Part shown: in pieces, positions 41,258 to 56,429 of the stretch | Layout: each line of letters begins with the position of its first letter | Numbering within the stretch: the stretch's first letter is position 1 | DNA from: the human T2T-CHM13v2.0 reference genome, Homo sapiens | Assembly (NCBI RefSeq): GCF_009914755.1 | Contig: NC_060931.1 | DNA length: 64,000 nucleotides | Direction: 5' to 3' (one strand) | The notes under the pieces: generated by a model | Seen by the model: the letters and a program-made list of their open reading frames with translations, nothing else | Databases searched by the model: none | What the model was told of the DNA's origin: nothing | Position numbers and translations under genes: made by a program

Positions 41258-41312
41258 TCTCATCTTGTAGGTGAGGAAACCGAAGGCCTGAGGGAGAAAT
41301 GACTTGCCAGGA
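41258..41312 (-). mobile_element. MIR fragment
   Basis: CTCATCTTGTAGGTGAGGAAACCGAAGGCCTGAGGGAGAAATGACTTGCC matches the antisense MIR core. Confidence 0.6.
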
Positions 41313-41783
41313 ACCCCTGTTAAGGAAAATTAACAAAGTGTGGATATCAAAGGAGAACTGAGTTCGGATTCAGACCTGGAGTCCCACACCCTTGGTTAAG
41401 ACATTATACCACCTTGAGTCTGGCCTGTTGACTGAGGGTGAGCCACTCCATCCTCATCTGATTGTGGGGTCTTGACCTCAAGGGGTTTCCTGCAGGAAGA
41501 AGCAAATGGGTTTGCTTTCCTAGCTCTGTCCAGTACCTTAGGGACCCTGAGAACTGGAGAGATTCTTGGAGAGCCGTCTGGTGTATGTCATGGGTGAGCC
41601 TTGTTTGAAAGACAGTCTGCCCAGTGGGCTGGCTCAGCCTGAATGAACTGTCTTGAATCTTTGGAGATGTCTGTGTACTTTTAAGGGTTTCTCATCCTTG
41701 CACCAAAAGATCCCCTGGAAATTAGGTGGGAAACCTTAACTTTTGTGGAGCCTTGTATTTGTCTTAAAAGTTCATGCACATAG

Positions 41784-42041
41784 CAAGGTGTGGTGGCTCA
41801 CACCTGTTATCCTGTCCTGGATCCCTTGAGTCAAGGAGTTTGAGACCAACCTGGACAATATAATGAGACCCCATCTCTATAAAAAATAAAATGTTAGCCA
41901 GGAGTGGTTGTGCGCATCTGTAGTCCTAGCTACTACGGTGGCTGAGGTGGGAGGAGCACTTGAGCCTACACTGAGCTGTGATCTCACCAGTGTATTCCAG
42001 CCTGGGCCACAGAGCAACACCTTGACTCAAGAAAAAAAAAA
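41784..42041 (+). mobile_element. AluJ with internal deletions
   Basis: GGTGTGGTGGCTCACACCTG...CTTGAGTCAAGGAGTTTGAGACC...GAGGTGGGAGGAGCACTTGAGCC...A tail. Confidence 0.85.
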
Positions 42042-42162
42042 TCAACAAGAAAAATTCTTGAAGATTTTGCATTCTGTCCCACTATCCATTGGTTTTCATG
42101 TCAAGATAATGTCAGAAATTCTTTACAATTGCTTCCAGAAGGAGTAGCCATTTGATCTAGTG

Positions 42163-42353
42163 CACAGGTGTCCAGTCTTTTGGCTTCTCAGGGCCACATT
42201 GGAAGAAGAATGCTCCTGGGCCACAGATAAAATACACTACTGCTAATGATAGCTGATGAGCTTAAAAAAAAAAAGTTTGTGCATAATTTTCATGATACCC
42301 ACCACCACAGATAGGCAGAAATATCCTTGTAGTCAAAGGGTTGGACAGGGCTG
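42163..42353 (+). mobile_element. MER30 (hAT-Charlie) with 8-bp TSD
   Basis: GGTGTCCAGTCTTTTGGCTTCTCAGGGCCACATTGGAAGAAGAA...GGGTTGGACAGGGCTG, flanked by a perfect TSD ATCTAGTG at 42155-42162 and 42354-42361. Confidence 0.88.
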
Positions 42354-42717
42354 ATCTAGTGTCTTGTCGTCCGTTTTGGCTTTCTCCCTGACTCCAGAAT
42401 GCAGGTAGAGATGTAGAGACATGCTCTCAGGACAGCTGTTGAGATAAAAAAAGTTCACTGTCATTTATTCCCAAGGACAGCTGTTTGCCATTTGCATTGA
42501 AAAAGTCTCCATTCAAACTGCTGTCACATATAAAATCTATTTATATGTCTGTATTTTTCTGTTGTCTTGGCCTTTGTAGGCAGTAGTGTGTTTTAACCGA
42601 GCAAACTGTCCTTCCAAATAATGAAGCCGAAGTCAGCCTACCTGCTTGCCATTTTTCTTCCCCTTCCATTTTTCTAACCTCAGGGTAATTGTAAGAATGA
42701 ATAAGATTTGTGTTTAA

Positions 42718-42870
42718 GGCCGGGCACAGTGTCTCAGGCCTGTAATCTCAGCACTTTGGGAGGCAGAGATGGATGTATCGTTTGATCTCAGGAGTTGAAG
42801 ACCAGCCTGGGCAACATACTGAGACTCCATCTTGTATAATTAAATTAAAAATTAAAAAAAGGAGAGAAAA
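42718..42870 (+). mobile_element. FLAM_C / Alu monomer
   Basis: Single left-type monomer plus A-rich tail, flanked by the direct repeat TGTGTTTAA. Confidence 0.82.
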
Positions 42871-43737
42871 GGACCTGTGTTTAAAATTTTAAAAAAGGAG
42901 GGAAGGTGTAATGCAAAATGTGGACTGTGCTAGCTACGATTGGGAAAAATAATTTTTCATACAGCCTTATCTGTTGACTTGTATTAGCAGTATACTGGTC
43001 ATAAGCGTTTTGCTTTCCTCAAATATGATGAGGTAAGCTACTTTAAAGTGTGGTGGGGCTTTCTTCCACATGGCTCCTGGAGGTGTTGAGTCCCAATTTA
43101 GCCAATTAATTTGGGTTTAGTTTTCATATGGATGAGGGAGACCAGCTTCATTCATGATACACACACAGTTTTACCGGTAAGGAAAAAAAAAAGCAACCTG
43201 AATGTTCCTACTCATTAGATTCTATCTGTAGAGCTCCTACCCCACCGCCACAAAGGCCCTGGCCCTTAAAAAGACTCAGTGCAGCCTTTCTGCATCTCAT
43301 ACTGTATTGTGCAAGATGCTCCTGTGAAAGAAAGTTGTGCTGCATCAGCCATCTCCCTCCTGAAGATCCCTGCGGATGAGGATTTGTGTTTTAAAGGTTC
43401 TCAGAAGTCCTGCAACAACAGTTCTCAAACTTATTTGTCCAGGGGATCTTTTCTTCCACTGAACATAGTTGGGGAGACATGGCCTTAAGCCTTCAGCAGA
43501 GAAAGAGACAAGAAACTGTTGGCTCACTTACAACCAAGTGTTGTGTTTATGTTTTAGGTTTTTATGAAATTGAGGTGCTGTTTGAGGTTCTGAATCAAAT
43601 TGGGTGGTTGAAGAGAGGCTGGTATCCCTGTAGACTTAGCCAGCCATGAGAGGTTGAGTTTTGTTGAAGGAGGTGTTTTACAAAGGGAAATAGGGTGTTT
43701 CCTGGGCTTCACATTAGCACTTAAATACATTTACCAC

Positions 43738-44047
43738 TGAAATGAAATGAAATGATGAAATGATGACATGAAATGAAATGAAATGATGAAATGAAATGAC
43801 GAAATGATGAAATGAAATGAAATGATAAAATGATGAAATGAAATGAAATGATGAGATGAAATGAAATGGTGAAATGATGAAATGAATTGCTGAAATGAAA
43901 TGAAATGATGAAATGAAATGATGAGATGAAATGAAATAATGAAATGATGAAATGGAATGAGGAAATGAAATGATGAAGTGATGAAATGAAATGGTGCAAT
44001 GAAATGAGAAAATGAAGTGAAATGATGAAATGATGAAATAATGAAAT
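43738..44047 (+). repeat. (GAAAT)n / (GATGAAAT)n simple satellite tract
   Basis: About 310 bp of GAAAT pentamers interleaved with GATGAAAT octamers. Confidence 0.95.
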
Positions 44048-44247
44048 GAGGGGTGGAGCTAAGAAGGCCGAATAGGAACAGCTCCGGTCTACAGCTCCCA
44101 GCATGAGCGATGCAGAAGATGGGTGATTTCTGCATTTCCATCTGAGGTACCGGGTTCATCTCACTAAGGGAGTGCCAAACATTGGGTGCAGGACAGTGGG
44201 TGCAGCCCACCATGTGGGATCCGAAGCAGGGTGAGGCATTGCCTCAC

Positions 44248-44502
44248 TCAGGAAGCACAAGGGGTCAGGAAGTTCCCTTTCCTAGTCAAAGAACGGGGTG
44301 ACAGATGGCACCTGGAAAATCGGGTCACTCTCACCCTAATACTGCACTTTTCCAACAGGCTTGGAAAACGGCACACCAGGAGATTGTGTATCGCACCTGG
44401 CTCGGAGGGTCTTATGCCAATGGAGTCTTGCTGATTGCTAGCAGGGCACTCTGAGATCAAACTGCAAGGCGGCAGCGAGGCTGGGGGAGTGGGGCACGCC
44501 AT
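44248..44502 (-). CDS. LINE-1 ORF0 homolog (84 aa, open)
   Basis: MACPTPPASLPPCSLISECPASNQQDSIGIRPSEP...IRVRVTRFSRC matches primate L1 ORF0 (MAGAPPPASLPPCSLISDCCASNQRDSVGVGPSEP...). ATG context is GCAATGG and there is no internal stop. Expression is unknown. Confidence 0.7.
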   Translation of the reverse strand: MACPTPPASLPPCSLISECPASNQQDSIGIRPSEPGAIHNLLVCRFPSLLEKCSIRVRVTRFSRCHLSPRSLTRKGNFLTPCAS

Positions 44503-44821
44503 TGCCCTGGCTTTCTTAGGTAAACAAAGTAGCAAGGCATCTGGAACCGGGTGGAACCCACAACAGCTCCAGGAGGCCTGCCTGCCTCTGTAGGCTCCAC
44601 CTCTGGGGGCAGGGCATAGACACACAAAAAGTCAGCAGTAACCTCTGCAGACTTAAATGTCCCTGTCTGACAGCTTTGAAGAGAGTAGTGGTTCTCCCAG
44701 CATGCAACTGGAGATCTGAGACTGGGCAGACTGCCTCCTAAAGTGGGTCACTGAACCCTGAGCAGCCTAACTGGGAGGCATCCCCCTGTAGGGACAGACT
44801 GACGCCTCACTCGGCCGGGTA

Positions 44822-44950
44822 GTCCTCTGAGACCAAACTTCCAGAGGAATGATCAGACAGCTGAATTTGTGGTTCACGGAAATCCGCTGTTCTGCAGCCA
44901 CCGCTGCTGATACCCAGGCAAACAGGGTCTGGCTTGGACCTCTAGTAAAC
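44822..44950 (+). promoter_or_regulatory. 129-bp L1 5'UTR segment carrying the ZNF93 KRAB-ZNF binding site (lost from younger L1PA3/L1PA2/L1HS)
   Basis: About 129 bp lie between ...GGCCGGGTA and TCCAACAGACCTGCAGCTGAGG, which are contiguous in L1HS. The segment contains GCAGCCACCGCTGCTGATACCCAGG. Confidence 0.8.
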
Positions 44951-45077
44951 TCCAACAGACCTGCAGCTGAGGGTCCTTCTGTTAGAAGGAAAACTAACAA
45001 ACAGAAAGGACACCCACAGTAAAAACCCATCTGTACATCACCATCATCAAAGACCAAAAGTTGATAAAACCACAAAG

Positions 45078-46584
45078 ATGAGGAGAAAACAGAACAGAAA
45101 AACTGGAAACTCTAAAAAGCAGAGTGCCTCTCCTTCTCCAAAGGAATGCAGTTCCTCACCAGCAACGGAACAAAACTGGTCAGAGAATAACTTTGACGAT
45201 TTGAGAGAAGAAGGCTTCAGATGATCAAACTACTGTGAGCTACAGGAGGAAATTCAAACCAATAGCAAAGAAGTTAAACTATTCACAGTAGCAAAGACTT
45301 GGAACCAACCCAAATGTCCAACAATGATAGACTGGATTAAGAAAATGTGGCACATATACACCATGGAATACTATGCAGCCATAAAAAATGATGAGTTCAT
45401 GTCCTTTGTAGGGACATGGATGAAATTGGAAACCATCATTCTCAGTAAACTATTGCAAGAACAAAAAACCAAACACCGCATATTCTCACTCATAGGTGGG
45501 AATTGAACAATGAGATCACATGGACACAGGAAGGGGAATATCACACTCTGGGGACTGTGGTGGGGTCGGGGGAGGGGGGAGGGATAGCATTGGGAGATAT
45601 ACCTAATGCTAGATGACACGTTAGTGGGTGCAGCGCACCAGCATGGCACATGTATACATATGTAACTAACCTGCACAATGTGCACATATACCCTAAAACT
45701 TAGAGTATAATAAAAAAAAAAATAAAATTAAAAAAATAAATAAATAAAAAATAAAAAAATAAAAAAAAAGTAAAAAAAAAAAAAAACTTTGAAAAACAAT
45801 TAGACAAATGTATAACTGGAATAACCAATGCAGAGAAATGCTTAAGGGATCTGATGGAGATGAAAGCCAAGTTTCGAGAACTACGTGAAGAAGGCAGAAG
45901 CCGCAGGAGCCGATGCAATCAAATGGAAGAAAGGGTATCAGTGATGGAAGATGAAATGAATGAAACGAAGGGAGAAGGGAAGTTTAGAGAAAAAAGAATA
46001 AAAAGAAACAAAGCCTCCAGGAATTATGGGACTCTGTGAAAAGACCAAACCTACGTCTGATTGGTGTATCTGAAAGTGACGGGGAGAATGGAACTAAGTT
46101 GGAAAACACTCTGCAAGTTATTATCCAGGAGGACTTCCCCAATCTAGCAAGGCAGGCCAACATTCAGATTCAGGAAACACAGAGAACGCCACAAAGATAC
46201 TCCTCAAGAAGAGAAACTCCAAGACACATAATTGTCAAATTCACCAAAGTTGAAATGAAGGGAAAAATGTTAAGGGCAGCCAGAGAGAAAGGTCGGGTTA
46301 CCCACAAAGGGAAGCCCATCACACTAACAGCTGACCTCTTGGCAGAAACTCTTCAAGCCAGAAGAGAGTGGGGGTCAATAGTCAACATTCTTAAAGAAAA
46401 TAATTTTCAACCCAGAATTTCATATCCAGCCAAACTAAGCTTCATAAGTGAAGGAGAAATAAAATCCTTTACAGACAAGCAAATGCTGAGAGATTTGCTT
46501 GCCCTAAAAGAGCTCCTGAAGGAAGCACTAAAAATGGAAAGGAACAACTGGTACCAGCCACTGCAAAAACATGCCAAATTGTAA
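45078..46584 (+). pseudogene. L1 ORF1p, disrupted
   Basis: ATG at 45078; in-frame TGA at 45222-45224 (CGA>TGA); split by the L1HS insertion. The C-terminal part KRPNLRLIGV...ARREW...YPAKLS...QPLQKHAKL is recognisable. Confidence 0.92.
45281..45783 (+). mobile_element. 5'-truncated L1HS, pre-Ta subfamily (ACG/G), nested in the host L1 ORF1
   Basis: ORF2 C-terminus ([28 protein letters not shown]...IGGN*) plus 3'UTR with GATGAC-ACG-TTAGTGGG (45618-45620) and CTTAGAGTATAAT (G at 45703). ~70-bp A-rich tail; the host ORF1 resumes directly afterwards. Confidence 0.92.
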
Positions 46585-46647
46585 AGTCCATTGAGACTAG
46601 GAAGAAACTGCATCAACTAATGAGCAAAATAACCAGCTAACATCACA

Positions 46648-50472
<3,825 letters not shown>

Positions 50473-50714
50473 ACAATGAGAACACATGGACACAGGAAGG
50501 GGAACATCACACTTCGTGGACTGTTGTGGGGTGGGGTGAGTGGGGAGGGATAGCATTAGGAGATATACCTAATGCTAAATGACGAGTTAATGGGTGCAGC
50601 ACAGCAACATGGCACATGAACACTTATGTTACAAACCTGCACATGGTGCACATGTATCCTAAAACTTAAGGTATAATAATAAAATAAAATAGAATAAAAT
50701 AACAAAATATACAC

Positions 50715-52975
50715 TAATACCAACCAGAAAAATTGTAGAGAAAGGTCATTTAAAACATATGAAGGATAGAGTAATAATCTAACACGTTGAAATCTAAGAA
50801 GGAGAAAACAGCTTGTCTGAACAGCATTTTAAGTGGCAATGTTAGAGGTTTTATCAAAATTGACCAATAATATTAAACGACAGGTTCAGGAGGCTTTTCA
50901 AAGCAAATGAAAACACACACGGAGGACACATCAAGAAACATAATGGGACAATTTCTGGAAAGTAAAAGAAAAATGTAAAGAGCACTTGATAAAAAAAATT
51001 GGGCTAACTACAAAGAGAAAGAGTTGACTGATAACAACTTTCTCAAATGAAACAACGAAAGCCAACAAGTGAGGTATTGATATCTTTCAAGTCCTGAAAT
51101 AAAATAAGTGCTGACCTAGAACTGTCTACTTGGTGGACATATCCATCAAAAGCAAAGATACAATAAAGGATTTCTCCCAAGCAGACCCACAGGAAAAGAA
51201 ATACTTAAGATTATACTTCAGGTAGAAGAGCCATGATCCCTGATGAAAGTTTGCAGTTTGAAGAACAATTTTTTAATGAAAGAAACAAACATAGAGAGAA
51301 ATTTAATTGGATATTGACTGTATAACAGAATGCTATCTCATAAAGTTTAAAATGTATCTTCCATACAACGGCAGAAGCATATAAGTTGTGAGTTGGATAA
51401 AGTAATTTTAAAATATTGTCAAGTTATTTTTTTGCAAATAGACAGATGTACCAACTATATTAGACCCTGAATTCAAGAATGCACGTTGTATTAAACCAGG
51501 TAAAACATAACCAGACCAGATTTTTTAAATGGACTCTCTAAAAGTTTATATAATTTATATTCATATTTCACATATGATGAAAGTAAATAATGGAAAAGCA
51601 TGCAATGCAAATATTAACCAAAATATAGCTTTAGTTATACTTATATTCGCATTTTTAAAGTTGGACACAGTTAAGTCTAAGTGATTTTTTTACACAACGG
51701 AGGCAACCTGTGCAGTTATAACTAGTATTATATTATGCTCTTGGCCTGATTACAGAAGGGAAAGGGGAGATCATACCAGACAGTGGCAGAATGAAGCAAC
51801 AAGGAGTAGAGTTACAGAACATGATGCTGCAACTAGGACTGGAGTTACACTTTTAGAGTTAAAGAATAGTAAACTGGACAAAATATATGAAACATTTTTT
51901 TGAAGTACTGAACATCAGGCAGCACAGGACTCTGCTCTGCAAGAGAAGAGAAGGAGCCAGAATGAGTCCTGCTTTATTCCCAGATTCTCCGAGACAGCAG
52001 TAGAGAGGAATCCCAGAGAGAGCAGACATTGTCATTGCACTGAGGAACCCGATAAAAATCAAAAAAGGTTAAGCAGCTGGAATGTGTAGTAGAAGAGAAC
52101 GTTTACAGAAAAAGGAACCAAGAATCAGCCTAAGGATTCTCCCAAGTCCCTAAGCCAAATGTACATAGGATGAAATTCTAAGGAGCTGAGCAAAGGACTG
52201 TACCAGGGAGTTGGAAGAAGAACATTTCCCTGGCATCACATGACAGGAAGACACATTAGCTCTGACCAGCCAGAGAAGGGAATCCCCTCTGTACCTCCAG
52301 GATATTCAGAAAAGACCACTGGAGGTTCATGCCCTAGTGACAGTGCTCATGTAGCTCCAAATTACAGATGGCTCTAGACTAACTCGACAAAGTTTAAAGA
52401 GAAGATTTAAAACAACAACAGACAAATACTCATCCTGAAGTTACTGAACTGCCTGCCACAACATTGTTCAAAGGTAGCCAATCAAATCTAGATATTCAAT
52501 AGCATAACACCAAAATACCCCCCAAAAAAACTCTGACATGCAAAGAAGCCATAAGATATATATAATTAAGACATATATTAACAGGATAAAAATAAGTCAT
52601 TTATAAATGACAGAGAAGAAGGAAATTTCAAGGTCCTTAAAGTAAATATATTTTAAATACATATAGATAAATACATATATATGTCAAGGTACTTAAATGA
52701 AAATTGAACATAGGAGAAAAATAGAAGTTATAAAATGAAAAATGTGACATGTATAGATGAAAAATAAATATTTGAAATAAAAATTCCATGAGATAGAATA
52801 AGTAATGTATCTTACCCTAACATCAGAAAATTTATAGAACAAAATAGAAGCTTTACAAACTAAAGGACAAATGGTAAACTAAAATAAGAAAGCCAGAAAC
52901 TCACTGATACGTCAGACAATATGCAGCAGTGTAACATACATGTAATCAATATCTCAAAAAGGATGGGTGGGGGAA
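50715..52975 (+). mobile_element. Fragments of old L1M 5' region/ORF1
   Basis: A-rich degenerate ORF1-like tracts (GACTGATAACAACTTTCTC...GATATCTTTCAAGTCCTGAAA...CCTAGAA; AACATACATGTAATC). Boundaries and subfamily are uncertain. Confidence 0.5.
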
Positions 52976-53044
52976 TTATAGGTGAATAAAGAATGGTACA
53001 CTCATTCCTGAGGACACCGAGGAGGGAGGATAGCTTTAGATTCC

Positions 53045-53175
53045 TAAGGGAGGGTATTATCCATTCATGAAGGTCCAACCCCCATGAAAGAACACCTCCC
53101 AGTGAGCCCCACCTGCAACATTGGGGATCAAATTTTAACATGAGATTGGAAGGGGCAAGCATTCAAACCATAGCA
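53045..53175 (-). mobile_element. MST (MaLR) LTR fragment
   Basis: CCATTCATGAAGG...CACCTCCC...GCCCCACCTGCAACATTGGGGATCAAATTTTAACATGAGATTGGA...CAAACCATAGCA. Confidence 0.8.
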
Positions 53176-54554
53176 AGAGTTAAATTTCCTATTTTAAAAA
53201 AATCACTGATATGATTCCGTTTTGCCATATATAAAAGCTAGTATTTCAGCCTACCATTGAGTGTACTTATAGCTCATCAAAAGGGCAATCTGTCTCAGGA
53301 ATACAGATTTACCTAGAGGTATCCAATTGCAGTCAAAGAAAGAGCAATGAGGGAGAGAAAATGTTAGTGATGGAGACACCAGCGCTGCATTTTACAACAA
53401 ACCATGTACAAACTTTACGGATTGGTTCTGCTAACTTACTACAGTTTACATTCCTCTCAGGTGGGAGAATTGTTGCGTTTTATCTTAAGATAGAAAAGCA
53501 ATTCAGATAATCTGAAATCTCCACAAGAAGGATAAGGAGCAGAGCAGAAACTCTTCTAGACAGGAATTCAATCCTTTCAACTGTCTGTGGTCCATAGAAA
53601 CAATTGTCTGCACTGGGAGTCACATGAGGTACAGACCACAGCCAGACCTCTGATCCTCTCATTAGTGATTTCAGAAGACATTACCAGTCAACTGAGTAAT
53701 TCACTGAGTAAAGTAAACATTTGGCACTGAAAGAGGTTAGACGGATAACTATTTGTATCACCATATTCATGAAGCTGGAATATGTTCCATTACTCGTATG
53801 ACATCCGAATGGAAGATGTTGAAAGGTCTCTCATCTTGTAAGATGGATATGAAAGAACATTTTCTGAGAAATGAAATTATTAACACACCTGCGAGGTGGA
53901 TGGAAGAGAAAAAAAAGAATAATCAGCTTGAGTTCTTCTCCTTGATAAGACAACTCACTAAAAACTTAAAGAGAAAAATACAAGTTTAAAATAATTAACC
54001 AGAGAAGACGACTCTAGAGTTTTTAAATTGTTCCAAGTTGAAAATAATTATATTGCTTGTGTTTTAAGGCACATAATGAGCAATTATATCACACGTGACA
54101 GTTTCAGCAGTAAAATATCCGTTAAGAGCTGGAACTCATAACAACATAGCACAATGTGAAGATGGAATTTGCTAAAATAAACCATCTGCTGAAAACTACT
54201 ATTCTGCAAATTTAAAAATAAAGTTTAAATGTTATTTGTCTTATTTAATAGGTCTGTGAAAAAAATGCGATATTTGAAAAGTAGGTGCTACCTTAATTAG
54301 TTCTTTATGTTAGACGGCTGGTTACAGTAATGTACAGTAAGGTGCTACATAGATATATTGCTAATTTTCTGCATATACTATGTATTTGGCTTAAATTATT
54401 TGAAATTTTATATTTAAAGTAACAAATCTATACTTAAATGTTTTGACACAAATTGCAAATATACCTTTAAAAAGCTTCTTACACTCTAAATATTATTTGT
54501 CACCTATATATTTGTCTTTTCTCTATAAGAAAGTTTAAATTTTTCCCTGGAAGA

Positions 54555-55447
54555 TTTAATTATTTGAGTCTATAAAATAAACTGATAAAGTACAAATTAA
54601 CAGGAAAAAAAAGGTTTACAGATATGTGCACAAGTATGCACTTGCAGTTTACATAATATATATATCTATACAAATATTTGTATATTATAAACAGATATAC
54701 AAATATATACTATATATATAAAAACTCCAGGAAAGGCAAGGTAGTCAGCACACCTATGCTGTCTTGAGGTTACAGAAAACACAGAGCTGTAGGTTGGTAA
54801 ATCAGGCTTTGAGGAAGACAGGTGACGACAAGGAAGAAAGAGGAGCCTGGCAGCAGAGTTGGTCTTGTTACATCGGTGAAACCTCACAGGGAGCAGCCCT
54901 CCTCTTGGGAACTATAGATAGGAAATGGTTTTTAGAAATGTAAACGTGCCAGACTCAGTTAATCTTTCCTAAACCCAGGCAAGGGAGTATCTCAGGGAAA
55001 GCCGGTCTATATCAATGCAGATTTTCTCTACAAATACAAATCTCCCCAACAAACACAGCTTTTCAGCTATTTTTGTAGAAGAAGCTATCTCCAGTCTTCT
55101 GAGTAGCCATCTTGAAATATGTCAAAAAGCTGGCCAGGCGCACGCCTGTAATCCCAACACTTTGGGAGGCTGAAGTGGGTAGATCACCTGAAGTCAGGAG
55201 TTGGAGACCTGCCTGACCTACATGGTGAAACCCTGTCTCTAATAAATACAAAAAATTAGCCGAGTGTGGTGGTGCATGCCTGTAATCTCAGCTACTTGGG
55301 AGGCTGAGCTAGGAGAATTAGTTGACCCTGGGAAGCTGAGGTTGCAGTGAGCCAAGATTGTGCCTGCACTCTAGCCTGGGCAATAAAAGCAAAACTCCAT
55401 CTCAAAAAAAAAATGCATTTTTGGGTAATATTTTGAGTAGCTTTACC
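54555..55447 (-). mobile_element. MER34/MER39-group ERV1 LTR, interrupted near its end by an Alu
   Basis: TCAATGCAGATTTTCTCTACAAATACAAATCTCCCC...GCCATCTTGAAATATGTCAAA[Alu]...TTTTGGGTAATATTTTG. Confidence 0.65.
55132..55413 (+). mobile_element. AluS (Sq/Sp-like)
   Basis: Dimeric Alu with GATCACCTGAAGTCAGGAG, GGGCAATAAAAGCAAAACTCCATCTC and an A tail. Confidence 0.9.
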
Positions 55448-56429
55448 TCCATATGTACAATAAATAATATTGTGATTTTTAATCTTTACTCTTCTGTGGA
55501 GAAAACACAGGTGTGATTTCTAGTGTAGCTGAATATCGTTTATTTGACAATATTGCAGTTGTGTGTGGGTGTGTGCCTGTGTAGCTACTCTTTAATTTTG
55601 TTCTCACATAATGATTAGATATTAACAATTAATTCAGTAAAATGTATGTTTTGCAATATTTCTCCATGTTATTATGCTTTAAATTAGTTTAATCATGCCC
55701 CTATAATGTGTGCATATTAACCTTTGACTATAGTTCTCAATCTTACTTTGGATCCTGTATTTCAATTTATGCTAATAAAGTCCTACAGCTAAAAAAGATT
55801 ATATAAACTTATCTACATTTTTATTAGTATTCTGGTGTCATTTTAAATTATGTAATGAAATCAAATTTTAATTTGGATTATTGTTATCTGAGTTAAGGAT
55901 GTAAATTTTTAATTTTCTTATAAATATTACATAATTATTTCTGAACCATATATTGACTAATTTGCCCTTTATATGATGTGCATTATAAGAGCTTGGGATT
56001 TTTTCATTTGCAAAGATGAATGCTTGAGAAGTAGATATTTAATCATAACATTTCAAAATCAACTGGATAACCAAGAATTGAAAAATAGCCTATAGGTTGA
56101 AAAACTCCTGCAGTGAAGAAAGAAAATAACAAATATACTGTGACAATATAAATATTATAAGTATTTATTTTATTATCGCCCTGAAATTTGATAACACAAA
56201 CATGTAATATCCACATATCATCCATACATCAGGTCATAAAAAATCAATACATTCTTCAAAAATTTAGCATAACAGAAAATGCACTCTCTCTCCTTGATGG
56301 AATTAAGTTACAAATAAAAGTAAAAATAAGTAGATAAGTAGACGGAAGTAGATGTTTAAAAACAAAGAAAAATATTTGTTTTGGATAACATAAAATCTCA
56401 ATTGACAATTCCAATATTTCCAGAACTTT

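Noticed and set aside
43721-44213. Minus-strand His/Phe/Ile/Ser-rich ORFs (127 and 160 aa)
   Set aside because: They are translations of the (ATTTC)n tract joined to L1 5'UTR antisense sequence.
45281-45783. Nested element as L1HS-Ta, or as an assembly duplication of the host 3' end
   Set aside because: The diagnostic triplet is ACG, not ACA. The sequence also differs from the host 3' end (GAG type) at many diagnostic sites, so it is an independent insertion.
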